From: Leucoraja erinacea | Lineage: Eukaryota | DNA length: 64,000 nucleotides | NCBI RefSeq assembly: GCF_028641065.1 | Contig: NC_073400.1 | Location: forward strand, 19,282,001 to 19,346,000 | Reading direction: 5' to 3' | Part shown: positions 24,661 through 38,138 of the stretch, in pieces | Numbering within the stretch: the stretch's first letter is position 1 | Layout: each line of letters opens with the position of its first letter | Notes under the pieces: generated by a model | Seen by the model: the letters and a program-made list of their open reading frames with translations, nothing else | The model's database searches: none | Told to the model about the DNA's origin: nothing | Program-made: the position numbers and the translations under genes

Positions 24661-25111
24661 ATGCTTGCTGAACCTATTTATTTTTCTGGGGAGAGTTGTC
24701 AGTGTCAGTGGTTATTGGGGAGAAGGCAGGGGAATGGGGTTGGGAGGGAGAGATAGATCAGCCATGATTAAATGGTGGTGTAGACTTGATGGGCCGAATG
24801 GCCTAAGTCTACTCCTACTTGTGGGAGAGTCTAGGACTAGAGGTCTAGCCTCAGAATTAAAGGACGTTCCATTAGGAAGGAGATGAGATAGAATTTCTGT
24901 AGTCAGAGGGTGGTGAATCTGTGGAATTCTTTGCCACAGATGGCGGTGGAGGCCACGTAAGCGGATAAGGCAGAGATTTACGTAGTCTCTGAAATTTATG
25001 TTAAGATTAGAGTCGGGACTTTTTTACCGACTCCAGCAGCACCAAAATTGCTCCGACTCCACGACTCTGACTCCAGGGCCCTGGTACAAACATCAGTCTC
25101 CCTCTCTCTAG

Positions 25112-25347
25112 TGGGCCCTCTGGCCATTGCCTTTAACCGGACCCCCTCGCTGGACGAGATCCGGGATCGGAATCGCCTTGTGATGCCCGGGGGATTCTAC
25201 ATGCCGCCGAATTGCCAGGCCCGCCACCGGACGGCAGTGATTGTGCCACACCGAAACCGGGAGCCTCACCTCCGGCACTTCCTCTACTACATCCACCCAT
25301 TCCTGCAGCGGCAGCAGCTGCAGTACGGGCTGTACATCATCCATCAG
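25112..25347 (+). CDS. B4GALT3: B4GALT3 coding exon 2
   Basis: 236 nt; GGFYMPPNCQARHRTAVIVPHRNREPHLRHFLYYIHPFLQRQQLQYGLYIIHQ, GT7 family. Confidence 0.96.
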
Positions 25348-26121
25348 GTGAAGAGCCCTGGGACCACCCTCCTCTCACAGCACTGCCCTGACACACACCC
25401 CACAACACCCCCTCCCGATTGTACCACCCAGACATCCCCCTCCTCCCATCAACTGCACTACCCAGACACCCTTATCCCACAGCACCGATCTGATAGTCAG
25501 CCCCCCCACCCCCCACTGCCCTTGCACCACCCCCTCATCCCATCGACTGCACCGTCCTGACACCCCCCCCCCCCCCCCCAACGGCACTGCATTGACACCC
25601 TCCCCACAACACCCACCCTGTCAGCACCGCTCCCATACGCTCAACCCCATCCCTAGTGCCCCTCTCAACACCCCTCCCCTACTCATCCCTATACCCCTTA
25701 CCTACCCCGTCTCCCTACCTCATCCTTACACCCCCCACCCTACCTCATCCTTACACCCCCTCCCTACCCCATCCCAACACCCCTCCCTATCCCATCCCTA
25801 CACCCCCTCCCTACCCCATGCCACCTCTGTCTATGGTCCCACCACTCTTCCTCCTAACCCTGCACCCTCTAACCTTACTTGCCAACAACACCTTCCACCC
25901 CCCTCACACTCACCTCCCACCCTCTCAACACCTACCAGCCCGCCCACCCCCTCCTACATCTCAACTCTAACTCCTTCCCCTCTCCACTAACACCTCCATT
26001 CCCATCCCTCCCAGCTCCACCCTCCCCTTACCTCTCCCAGCCCTATAGCCACCGTCCACTCCAAAGTCCTTGTCTCCTTCCTGAAGCCACATCCAACATC
26101 TGACCCCCTCCCTTTGGCCAG

Positions 26122-26312
26122 GCTGGGAACGAGACCTTCAACCGAGCCAAGCTGCTGAACGTGGGAGTGAAGGAGGCGATGAAGGATGAGGACTGGGACT
26201 GCCTCTACCTTCACGATGTGGACCTCATCCCAGAGAATGACCACAACATCTACACCTGCGACCGCTCTCACCCCAAGCACGTCTCCATCGCCATGAACAA
26301 GTTCGGCTACCA
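26122..26312 (+). CDS. B4GALT3: B4GALT3 coding exon 3
   Basis: 191 nt; AGNETFNRAKLLNVG...WDCLYLHDVDLIPENDHN (FNRA and DVD motifs). Confidence 0.96.
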
Positions 26313-26413
26313 GTGAGTAACACACACGGATAATGGACGATTCCACACATCGAGGCTGACACACACTGACACCAGGACTCATGCCCACTGTAATCCTCAC
26401 ACTCACATGCTCA

Positions 26414-26597
26414 CAGTGCCCTCCATAATGTTTGGGACAAAGACCCAACATTTATTTATTTGCCTCTGTACTCCACAATTTGAGATTTGTAATTTTAAAA
26501 AAATCACATGTGGTTGAAGTGCTCATTGTCAGATTTTATTAAAGGGTATTTTTATACATTTTGGTTTCACCATGTAGAAATTACAGCTGTGTTTATT
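26414..26597 (+). mobile_element. Tc1/mariner-like terminal fragment
   Basis: Begins CAGTGCCCTCCATAATGTTTGGGACA, resembling Tc1-like TIRs; other end not seen. Confidence 0.5.
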
Positions 26598-28306
26598 CTG
26601 AGACTTTGCCCCTCTCAATTTAAAGCTAAGCCCTGGAAAAGAGAGGGCATACTGGGAAAGGTAATGGCTGTCTTCCGTGACTCTGCCTCTCATAATTTAA
26701 TATACTTTGTTTAACTCTTCCGTCAACCTACCTTTCCAGAGAAAACAATCTAAGTCTGTCAAACCTCTCTCTGTAACTAATATTCATAATCTAAGTAACA
26801 TTCAGGTAAATCACTTCTGTATGCTCTCCAAAGCCGCCACACCCTCCCTGTAATGAGACAACTAAAACTGCAGGCAAAAATCCAAAGTCTTATGGAGCCG
26901 CATCATGATTTCCTGACTCGTATACTCTGCCTCGACCACTAATGGCAAGCACACCACAAGCCTTCTTTACTACTCTTATCTGCTTGTTTTGCCACTTTCA
27001 GGGAGCTATGGATCTAGAGCCCCAGATCTCTCTGCACAATCTTCTTAAGGGTCTTGCCATCAACCATATACCTTCCACCTTACATTTGACCTCCCAAAGT
27101 ACAACACTTCGGATTAAGTCTGCCATCTTTCCACCCATTTCTGTAGGTGATCCATATATCACTGTATACTTTAACAGCTTTCCTCACAGTCTCAACTCCA
27201 CCAACTTTGGTGTCATCAGCAAACTTGCAAACCAACCCATTTACATTTACATACAGCACAAACAATAGAGATTCCAACAAAGATCCCAATTGAACTCTTC
27301 TTCTTTTGTATGGCGTGCACAGCCTAAAGTAGGACAACTTGTTCTTTTTGATCTTTCATTTGTGCACGTCGAGTTGATTGCATTAATCGAAACAAGGCGG
27401 ACCACGTGAAGGTTGCAATCTTCCACCCCATTGAACTCCATTAGTCACAACATACAGGTGCTGGCTGTATGGAGTTTGTACGTTCTCCCTGTGACTGCAT
27501 TTGTTTTCTCTGGGTGCTTGGGTTTCCGCCCATATTTCAGACGCGCAGGGTTGTAGGTTAATTGGCTTTGGTAAATTGCCCCGATAAAACTAATGCATGA
27601 GTGATCATCGTCAGCGCAAACTCGGTGGAACGAAGGACATGTTTCCACACCGTGCTCTTTCACCGCAACCCTCCAACTTCCATGTAATCCAGTTCTATGC
27701 TCTGGGAAAGAGAGGGCACTCTGGGGTAAAAGGTTCCGGCTGTCCACCCCATCACTGCCTCTCATAATTATATATACTCCAATTAGCTCTTCCCTCAACT
27801 AACCTTTCATTCCAAAGAAAACAATCCTAGTCTGTATCCGTATGACCAAGTCACTGTGAATCTGTGCATCTTAATCTTCTGGATCACCCTTACACCTACA
27901 CACACTGACATCACTTCAAAAGCAGTGGTCCATCGCCTGTACTCTGAAATTACACTAAAGCAGTGTTTCATAGCACCAGGGTTTTCACACAAAATTCACC
28001 AAATAGAGGCATCATCTATCACACTCGGGCTCACAGACATTTGTTACAATTATCAGAGCATTCACTTACACCCAGTCTCTCACTCTCTCACACACGCGCG
28101 CGCACACACATACACACATCACTATTAACAGAGGGTTCCCTCACACCCAGCCTCACGCACACACTAACATGACCATTAAAGGAGGGTTCTGCCACTCCCA
28201 ATGTTTCAGGTGCCACATTCTGATGGGGCCATTGTGCGTTGATGGTTCTTGGGGTAGTTTGGCGCTCTGTTTAGTTGCTGACCTGCCGTTGCTGGTGTGG
28301 TTTCAG

Positions 28307-28429
28307 ACTACCGTACAGGACGTATTTTGGAGGCGTATCTGCCGTGACACCCGAGCAGTACCTGCGAATGAACGGATTCCCCAACGAATACTGGGGCTGG
28401 GGGGGTGAGGATGATGATATCGCTACCAG
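28307..28429 (+). CDS. B4GALT3: B4GALT3 coding exon 4
   Basis: 123 nt; LPYRTYFGGVSA...NGFPNEYWGWGGEDDDIATR (WGWGGEDDD motif). Confidence 0.97.
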
Positions 28430-29809
28430 GTAATCCCCAACTGACCACTCACCCCGACCCTCCAAACATCCCAGCCTGGGACTCACTTGGACATCATCTG
28501 TTATTCTGTAAAGTCCTGGCCCCCTCCATTGCATCCCAGTCTGTGACCCAGAGATTTGTTATGCTGTAAACCCCTGACCGTCTCAGAGATCTGTTATTCT
28601 GTAAAAACCCCGCCCCCTCCATTACATTCCAGCCTGTGACGCACACAAATATCTGAATATAAACTGCAAAACCCTGGCTTAGATCCCAGCCTGTAACTCA
28701 CCCTCAGAGATCTGTCATTCCATATATAAACCCCAAATCCACTCAATCAGTTCCAGGCTGTAACTGGTTCCTGGAGATCTGTAATTCTTTATAAAAACTC
28801 CCAACCCCTAGATTAATATCCTAGCCTGTAACTTGCCCCCCTGGGATCTGTTATTCCCTATATAAACCCCCAAACCTAATGATTAGATCCCAACATGTAA
28901 CCCACACCCAAATATCTGCTTGCGTGTGTTATTCCACATGGGAGATTGTGAGGGCATGCGAGAAAGTGAGTTTGTGTGAGAGAGAAAGAGAGAGTGATCA
29001 AGAGGGAATGTTAAAATAAGGAGAGAGGGAGAGTGAGTCACTGAACACTCTGATTTTCCTTGTCAATTGTACCTGTTGTTTTCTGTCTTGCCTGATGTAT
29101 CTCTCATTTTACATTCTCTCTCCCAATCCCACACTTTTTTCCCCATTTCCCAGTCACGTTTCTGTTCCAGGAACTCCGACATTTCAAGGTGAGTGCAACA
29201 CTGTCCTTCAGTAACCTCTCCCTCCAGCATCCTGTGTCACTGACTGTATCCCAGCCAATGTCAATCCAGCTTCCCCAGTAAGCCCTCTTCCCCCAGTACC
29301 CTGTGTCACAGACTGTTTCCCTTGACTTGCTCCATCTACAATGATGTGAAGTCAACCCCCTCATGCTGTCCCTCAGTAACCCCTCTTCCCAGGCCCTGTG
29401 TCACTGAATGTATATCCATCAATGTTAATCAGGCTCTCTCACACTGGCCCTCGATAACCATTTCCTCTTGTGCCCTGTGTCACTGAATGTAACCCTACTG
29501 ATATTAATCCAGATCCTTCACATAATCTCGCAGTAACCCATCTAACTCAGTGCCCTGTGTCACTGACTGTATCTCCATTGATAATAATCCAGCTTCCTCA
29601 CCCTGTCCCTCAGTAATTCCACTGTCCTAACCCTGTTGATATTAACGTTTCCGTATGTATTACTATTTCTCCTTATCCCGGCAGCCTCTTTGACCCCATT
29701 ATCACTCCTGGTATTTTCCCTATCAAACCTGCCCATACCAACATCCTACATTCTTTCCCATGCTCACTGAAGAATATTTCCTCCCTTTACTCCCTCTTTC
29801 ACGTGTTGC

Positions 29810-29960
29810 TCCCTCACCCCTCTCTCTGCCCCCACCCCTCTCTCTGGCCCCACCCCTCTCTCTGGCCCCACCCCTCTCTCTGCCCCCACCCCTCTCTCTG
29901 CCCCCACCCCTCTCTCTGCCCCCACCCCTCTCTCTGCTCCCACCCCTCTCTCTGCCCCCC
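29810..29960. repeat. 18-bp tandem repeat within a long C/T-rich low-complexity tract
   Basis: (ccccacccctctctctgc)n. Confidence 0.85.
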
Positions 29961-30941
29961 CCCTCTCTCTCTGCCCCCCACCCATCTCTCTGCCTCCTCC
30001 CCTCTCTGCTCCCTCTCCTCCCCTCCCTATGCTCTCTCATTCCCCTTTCTCTCAGCCACTCCCGTCATTCGCCCAACCCTCGTTTGCCCCCCACTCACTC
30101 CCTGCTCCACTCGCACCCCCTAGCTCTTTCTCCCCCTCTCTCTTTCTCCCCCCCTGCTCGCTTGCTCCCCCCCCCTGCTCGCTCACCTCCTGCTCGCTCC
30201 CCCCGCTCACTCCCCCCCCCCCCCCCTCGCTCACCTCTCCTGCTCGCTCCCCCCCGCTCTCACTCCCGCCCTGCTCGCTGCCCCCCTCCCCTCTCGCACT
30301 CCCTTTAATTCCCTATCCCTCTCATTCCCCCTCCCTTCCTTCCCCCTCCCGCCCTCCTCCCCCTCCCTCCCCCTCCCTTCCCCCCTAGCCCTCTCCCCCT
30401 CCCTTCCTCCTCGTCCTCCCTCCCTTCCCCACGATCTGCACTCCCCCCACCCCCACCACACCCCTCTATCCTTCTGCTACACTCTTTCTGTGCCCTCTCT
30501 ACCTCATCTCATTCCCTCTACCTCTCCCTCTTGTCTCCCAATCACCCCACTCCCTCTGTTCCCCACTATCTCTCTATATATCTCCGTGTCTGTCTCCTCC
30601 CCTTCCCTACTCTCTGTCCAATATGTATTTTCCTCTCTTTTTTTGCTTCCCATTGTCTTTCTTTGGGGACATCCAGTGTTTTTCTGTTTATGTTAATCCC
30701 CCCCCCCCCATTCTGTTGCAACCTCAGTCCATCCTTGTGTTATTTTCTTGGTCTCTCACTAAATTCCTCCCCTTCAGTCTTACATCTCATGAACTCTCCT
30801 CGTTCTCTCAACCTTAGCTCCCTCCCTCTGCCTAACTCAATAACTCTGCCATCTCTCTCTCTCGCACATATTTCTGCGCATCCTCTCTCTCTCCTCTTCC
30901 ACCTGCCCTCTGTGTAGCTCACCCTCCGCTCTGCTCCGCAG

Positions 30942-31046
30942 GCTCCAGCTGGCTGGAATGACAATCTCGCGCCCCCCTCTCTCCGTGGGCCGCTACAAGA
31001 TGATCAAACACAACTCGGACCGGGGAAATGAGCAGAACCCAAGGAG
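30942..31046 (+). CDS. B4GALT3: B4GALT3 coding exon 5
   Basis: 105 nt; LQLAGMTISRPPLSVGRYKMIKHNSDRGNEQNPR. Confidence 0.95.
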
Positions 31047-32246
31047 GTGTGTGGGCCCGGGGACAGGGCAGGATGGTGGTGGGGGGGGGGGGTTCCTGTG
31101 TGTTGGAGAGGGGGTGAACAGAGGAGGGGGTGGAGAGAGGCCGTCCTGTGTCTTTGATGAGGGGAGGGGAGAGGGTTGTTTGGGGGTATCTATCCCCTGT
31201 GTGTTGACTGGGGGGAGGAATGAAAGGAAAGGGAGGTACCTTCCTGTGGGTTGGTTGGGGGGGGGGGGATGGGTGGGGACTGGGGTGAGATACGTACCTG
31301 TGTGTTGGACGTGTGGAGGTGATGGGCAGAGGGGTGGGGCGGGTGGGGGCTTGCGCAGGGTGGAGGGGGGGGGGGGGAAGTGAAGTGGGGGGGGGGGGGG
31401 GCAAGGGGGGAAGAGTGCCACCGATGCGGTGGGTCCGCCCACCACTGCTCTATGGAGATATACAGCCGGTGCGAGCTTCATCCTGGAGGGGTTGGGGTCG
31501 GGTGGGTACAGCCCCTGCGGTGGGGGGTGTACAGCAGTTCAAGTATTCATGGACATTCTCTGTTTCCCTCCCACTCCCCCTCCACCACTCCCTCCCACTC
31601 TCCCTCTCCCCTTTGTTCCCTCACACCTTTCTTCCTTCATATCTCTCTTGATCCCGATATTTATATTTCACATCTATTTCTTACATTATTTCCCTCAAAC
31701 CCTTTTCTCGCATTCTCTATCCATTCCATCCATCTATACCTACCTTCCTTCCTCTATCACTTTCATTTCCTTTCCTACCTGCTTGCTGTTTCTCGCTTTC
31801 CATTTATATGCATTTTCCACCCCTCCCCCTCTCTTGCCCCCTCTCCCTCTCTCTTGTTCCTTCTCCCCCCTTGCCCCTCCCCTTCTTGCTCCACCCTCGT
31901 CCCCTTTCCCCCCTCTCTTTCCCCCTCCCCTCTCTTGCCCCCTCCCCTTTCTTGCCCCCTCCCCTCTCTTGCTGCCTCTCCCACTCTTTCACCCTCTTGC
32001 CCCCTCTCGCTCCCCCTCTGTTGCCCCTCCCCGTCTCTTTCCTCTCTCACCCCTTCTTCCCCCTTTCTTTCCACTTCCCTCACACCCTCTTTCTCCCCCC
32101 CCTCTCCCTTACTCTCTCCCCCCCTTACTCCCATCCTTTCCCTCTCCCCTTTTTTGTTCTCCGTGCCTTTTTCCCTCCCTACCGTCCTTGTCCCCTCTTT
32201 CCCTTCCTCAATCTCTGATTCTCCCTTCACCCCACACTCCTGGCAG

Positions 32247-32448
32247 GTTTGACCTACTGCTCCGTACCCGCCGCTCCTGGACCCAGGATGGGATGAACTC
32301 TCTGGTCTACACTACTCTGGCTCACCAGCGCCACCCTCTGTTCACCAATGTGACTGTGGACATTGGCCCTGCTCCCCGCCGTCCAGGAACCCCTCTCCCC
32401 AAAACCCACAAAGGCTCCCTTGTGTCTCTGAGGGCAGCAGGGGTGTGA
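32247..32448 (+). CDS. B4GALT3: B4GALT3 last coding exon
   Basis: [19 protein letters not shown]...[12 protein letters not shown] ending at 32448. Confidence 0.94.
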
Positions 32449-33649
32449 CCAACACATGGTCTGACTGTGCTTCTACTCTAGAGGAGGGGCAGTGTGGCCG
32501 TGAGCTCACGGCCGGACGTCATGGGGACAGTTGGGCTGGACGATGATATCCGTGATGGGGAGGCAGGACAGTGAATTTACAGGCCCCTCACCTCCATCAC
32601 TTCCCTCTACCTCACCAACTGTCCTCAACTCCCACCATCCCAGCCAGAGCTGAGATCAGGGGCTGAGAATCGCTGTCAACGTGGGGAGCTGCCTTCTGCC
32701 TCAAGTGACGGTTCCTGGTTACATTGTGGAGCAGGACATCACTATGCGAGTGTGTGTGGTGTCCCTGTCTGTGTATGTTTGTGTCCACCTTCTTTCCCTG
32801 TGTGTGGGGAATGCCTGTTTCTTAGCTTTGATAATGTGCTTTAAATCTCTGCGTCAATTTTCTAGTGGAAATCATTATATGGAGATAAATAGTTTAATTT
32901 TTGTACAATTACCTGGTCTCTGTGTTTCAAACACTGTGAAACTCCCTCTGCACTATCCCGTCACACATTGGCCAGGGATAGGGGGGAAACGGGCGAGGTC
33001 GCACAGGGAACTGGGTGAGGGGCTGTGGGTTATTCCGGCATGAACCCAAGCCCAGCTGTTCCTGAGCCCCCTCCCTCTCTTCCCCCTTCCCTCCCTCCTG
33101 TGGGCTCCATAATGTACCATAGATCTTTGGGGCAAGAATGCTCCCTATTCACAGAAGCATACTGTACCTTATTGGCAAACCAACAAAGTACAGTGTAAGG
33201 TAGACAAAAATGCTGGAGAAACTCAGCGGGTGAGGCAGCATCTATGGAGCGAAGGAAATAGGGAACGTTGCCTTGTACTCACTAGAATTTAGAAGATTGA
33301 GGGGGGATCTTATAGAAACTTACAAAATTCTTAAGGGGTTGGACAGGCTAGATGCAGGAAGATTGTTCCCGATGTTGGGGAAGTCCAGAACAAGAGGTTG
33401 CAGTTTAAGGATAAGGGGGAAGTTTGTACCCCAGTTAAATTTTGCGGTCATGTGGGTGAGGATCTATGCTCCAGTGACCTTTCGTGAAATCACCTTATAG
33501 GCAACGTTTCGGGTCGAAACCCTTCTTCAGAAGAAGGGTTTCGGCCCGAAACATTGCCTATTTCCTTCGCTCCATAGATGCTGCACCCGCTGAGTTTCTC
33601 GAGCACTTTTGTCTACCTATTCCTTCTGTACCATTTTGGCATTTGTCAC

Positions 33650-33990
33650 TGGCTGCGGCAATGAGGACTCAAACTACAAATCCCAGGATCCTCCAGGACG
33701 CAGCTGCGCAGTGACCAAGCGGATCGGGGAGCACCACGGCCGCGCATGTGCATCTCCAGTGGGGCGGATCCTACTGCCGGCGGGCAATGCGTGCACGCAT
33801 GCGCCGTGCACTGGTCCTCCGAGTGCGGACATGCGCGGTGAGGCGAGGAGTGGGAGGTAAGGCCGCGACCCGCAGGCTCCTCCAGCAGCAGCAGCTGCCG
33901 CCATCCCCGTGTATCCCCATCTCACTGCCGCCTGTGGCCAGCGGTGTGATCGCTGGTCGCCCACCGCAGGCAGGGTGGGGTTGTGCTGGA
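33650..33990 (+). promoter_or_regulatory. PPOX: CpG-rich promoter and probable non-coding first exon of PPOX
   Basis: ACTACAAATCCCAGGAT (ZNF143/THAP11-type) at 33673, GC box, NRF1-like ACGCATGCGC near 33795, GAG|gtaagg donor at 33857. Confidence 0.6.
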
Positions 33991-35320
33991 GAGGGCGCAG
34001 GGAAAGATATTGGCCGGACTGGGGGTAGGTTCAGTCTTGGTGAGAGATCGTGTAGGAAGGAACTGCAGATGCTGGTTTATGGTGAAGATAGACAGAGTCC
34101 AGAGTAACTCAATGGGACATTCAGCATCTCAGGAGACGAAGGATGGGTGACATTTCAGGTCGGGACCCTTCTTCACACTGTCCGAACTCCCGTCCGGAAG
34201 AGGAGAACAAAGTAGGCACAACCAAAGATACTAAAGTATAACTTGAGGAGCTATCGAAGTGGGTCAGACAAACAGAACTCCCGTCCGAGTGAGGAGGAGA
34301 ACTTCAGTCTGAAGATGGGTTCCGACCCAAAACGTCACCTATCCCGCTGAGTTACTCCAGCACTTTGTGTCTATGAGATCAGTCTCTCTGAACGTTGTTT
34401 CACAATGCTTGCGCTTCACTAAGCTCCGATCGTTTTTGCAGCAAAGTTGCATCAAACATCTGAATTCTTGCCTTGAAAATTGATCCAGTTATTCATCATT
34501 TTGTTGTTCGAAATTTTTTGAATGCATTTAACTGATTATGTTTACATTTTTGGTTAGCTTTACTGGATAAACTGACTGATATGTTACCAAACATTCATTG
34601 ACAAAACAATGAATTCTCATAGTGTCCAATTTCTAGTGCTAATCATTGATCACTTAAACAAAAACTGATTCATCAGAGCAGCCTTACTCTAAACTAAACA
34701 AACTCCCCCCCACAACATAAATACGTCCATGCAAACCACATACACCCTAAAGAACCAAAATACACCCCTCCCCCACAATCCGCATACACCCCCACAAGCC
34801 AAATACACCCCTCCCAGCACAACCCACTTTCATCTCTCCCCCCACAACCCACATACACCCCTCCCCCCACAAACCGAATTTCAGGTACACCCTCCCCACT
34901 CAAATAACGTACCCCCCGCCACTCAATTTAGGCACCATCCCACTCAATTTATATCCTCCCCCGCTCAATTTAGGTACCCAGCCCCCCTTCATTCAATTCT
35001 TTAAATGCTTCCCCTCTCACCTTAAACCTATGCCCTCAAATGTTGGATTCCTTAACCCTGGTGAAAAGCCTGTGACCAACCATCTTTTCTGCACCCCTCA
35101 TCATTTTATAGACCTCTATAAGGTCACCTCGCAGCCTCCTACGCTCCAAGAAAACATTATCGGCCTATCCAGTCTCTCCTTATAACTAAATCCACCAATC
35201 CCAGTAGCATCCTCCTGCAATCGTTACTGCACCTTTCCCAGAGACAGACACACACACACACACACACACACACGGGGAAAACACACATACACATACACAC
35301 ACACACACACCGGGGAAAAC

Positions 35321-35462
35321 NNNNNNNNNNNNNNNNNNNNNNNNNNNNNNNNNNNNNNNNNNNNNNNNNNNNNNNNNNNNNNNNNNNNNNNNNNNNNNNN
35401 NNNNNNNNNNNNNNNNNNNNNNNNNNNNNNNNNNNNNNNNNNNNNNNNNNNNNNNNNNNNNN
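35321..35462. other. Assembly gap (142 N) next to a (CA)n microsatellite
   Basis: N run. Confidence 1.
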
Positions 35463-37477
35463 TCACCAACTTGTATCTTTGTAATATGATGTCCCGATTC
35501 CTGTATTGAGTGCCCCAATTCGATCCCCTCTTCCTCACCCGCTGGTGCTGGAGGGATGATACTGAGAAGTTAATCCCCAGTGCTGTCCCGAGCCTCATGC
35601 CGGGGCTGTATGCAATGGGAGTGCTTTATTTACAATGCTGTGTCAAGGAGCGCTGCTCCCTCCTGGTGTATCGGTTCTACCCAGTGGCTCAGTGTTAACA
35701 GACATGGGCTCCTGCAGAGTCCCCTCCCCTTCTGCCTGCACCGAGTGTGGAGGGAGATAACACGGGCAGGCTGTCCCTGACCCACCTCTCCTCCCAGTCC
35801 CCCACAAAGCCGTAAGGCTCCTGCCTCGTGGCAGCTTCACAGGGAATCCACGGGAAGAAGGCCACAGCTTACCGGTAGGATGCAGCTTGGGCGACGGTCA
35901 GCTTGGACGGGGGGGCTACAGGGTGCACTCCTGATCATCCAGCTGTACAGAGGGTGCTTTGAACAGCAAAGGGTACAGAAAGCATTCACTAGGAGGCTAT
36001 CGGGACTGGAGGGCTTGTGTTATAAGGAGGGGCTAGACAAGCAGGAAGTCTTTCCCTGGTGCAAAGAGGCTGTGGGGTGACCCAGAGGGGCATCAAATCA
36101 TGAGGTGCTTAGATAAGTTGAATTCTCACAGTGTTTTCTCCAGGGTAGTAGAGTCTAAAACTGGAGGGCACGGGTTTAAAGTGAGAAGGGAACGTTTTAC
36201 AGGTGATCTGAGGGGCAACTTTTTCACACAAAGGGTGGTGGGTATGTGAATGAGATGCCAGACGTAATGGCAGAGGCAGGTACGATAACAATTTGGACAG
36301 GTATGTGGATAGGAAAGTTTTGGAGATATAGGCTAAATGTAGGCGAATGGGACTAGTTCAGGAAGGCACTGGTCGTGGGTGAGTTGGGGTGAATGGACTG
36401 CTTGGTGCTGCCCAACTCTGACTGCAATTGGGGGGTTGCTGGCATTCTTTACCTATGCTGCTTGAAGCATTATTTACTTGTGGGCCGAAGGGCCTGTTGA
36501 TGTGCTATATTGCTCTATGCTCTCAGTGCATCCTCCACAACTCAACTGTGGCTGTGACACAACTGGGTGGCTCATTGAAGAGGAAAGATTCAGACCGCAG
36601 GGAGGTGGAGAGGATCTGGGCAGCTGGGCATGGAAGTAGCAAATGTATTCATTTAGATGAGAGTGTGATGGTGGGTTGGGAGGTGAAGCATAGTTAGGAA
36701 TGCACAATAAATGGGGGGTGGGGGAGATTGCATTCCCACCGATCCCCAAAGGTGCGGGATAACTCATCACGGGTTAGAACGACAGACTGTTTGCTTTCCT
36801 TCAGACGAGGCTCAGAGTACAAGGGCAGGGAGGGAGTGCAGGAACCGTGCCCTACACCAGTTAGACCCCAGCCTGATCCTGCAGCGAGTTGTGGTCACCA
36901 TGTCCCAGAGGGACGGGATCAGACGGGAGAGGGTCTGGGACACTGCTTGAAGGGAGGGTCAAGGAGTCAGAGAGCCTCCCCACAGTTACACATCACCCGT
37001 GGCTGGGCTTGAGAGCAATGAGAGAGTAGTGGTGGTCTCCATCATCTGATATTGGAGAGGCCTGACTCACTCCAACAACAGCTGTACAAGGAAACCAGGA
37101 ACAGGAACAAACCTGTAAAACAACAGCAAGCCACTCGTAAGGCTTGTACAGGGAGAGGCAGGTCGATCCGGCTCTGCGGAAACATTGCAGATAAAGGAAC
37201 TTGCTGTGTCACCCTGATAAACAGCCAGGCGCAGAGAGCACAAACTCAGACGTGAGGGCTCAGCAGGAAAGGCACGTTCACCAGAGTGTCCACAAGTGTT
37301 CCAGCTCCCTCTATGTTCCCTCCGCCTACCTTTGTCTCCTGCTTCTCTCTCTCCTCTTCCCCCTCTCCCACACCCTCCTGTTCCCACCTCGCACTCCCCC
37401 TTCCCTCTGTCACTCGGGCTTCTGCCCCTCATGTCTCTGGGCCTTACCCTGCTCTTCCTCATCTCCCCGCAGGTTTG

Positions 37478-37564
37478 ATGCCGCGCACCGTGGTCGTTGT
37501 GGGAGCTGGTGTCAGTGGCCTCGCTGCCGCTCTCCACCTCAGCAGAGTTGTACCTGCTGCCAAG
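37478..37564 (+). CDS. PPOX: PPOX (protoporphyrinogen oxidase) coding exon 1
   Basis: MPRTVVVVGAGVSGLAAALHLSR, FAD-binding GxGxxG; acceptor at 37472, donor gtaac. Confidence 0.95.
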
Positions 37565-38003
37565 GTAACGTTCCCTGCCCCGATGCTCCACCAACCCACC
37601 CCTGGCGGTGCTCCCACGCAACCCCTTCCTCCAGTGCCTCCACCCAATGCCTCTTCCCAGGTGCCCACCAACCCTCCCTGTGTGCCCCCTCACCCACCAC
37701 CCCCCCCCCCCCCCCCGTGTGTTCCCTACCCCAGCACCCAGGATAAAATCCCAGCGTCAGACCTTGTGAAGTGCTTGGAAATTCTGCTTGGTTCTAACCC
37801 AAGTAACTGCAGCATCCCTGACACAGGGACAAGACTCAAACTGTAGTAATCCATCATCCACTGTTTACTTCCTCTTCCACCTGTTCCCAATCCCATATTT
37901 CCCCACCCTCTAATCCCCTACTCCCAGTCGCCTGTCCCACCTCCCCTCCCTTCGTTCCTCCCTCCACACTATCCCATCCTTCAATCCTCACTTACCTGTC
38001 CAG

Positions 38004-38138
38004 GTGCTGCTGCTGGAAGCGAGTGATCGCACGGGCGGTTGGCTGCAGACCACACGCACCGAGGAAGGGGCGATATTGGAGCACGGACCCAGGGGAGTCC
38101 GGTCAACAGGGACAGTGGGCACGAACACGCTCCAACTG
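38004..38138 (+). CDS. PPOX: PPOX coding exon 2
   Basis: 135 nt; VLLLEASDRTGGWLQT...EHGPRGVR. Confidence 0.96.

Noticed and set aside
29723-32250. Pro/Leu/Ser- and Gly/Arg/Glu-rich ORFs
   Set aside because: Low-complexity pyrimidine tracts in B4GALT3 introns.
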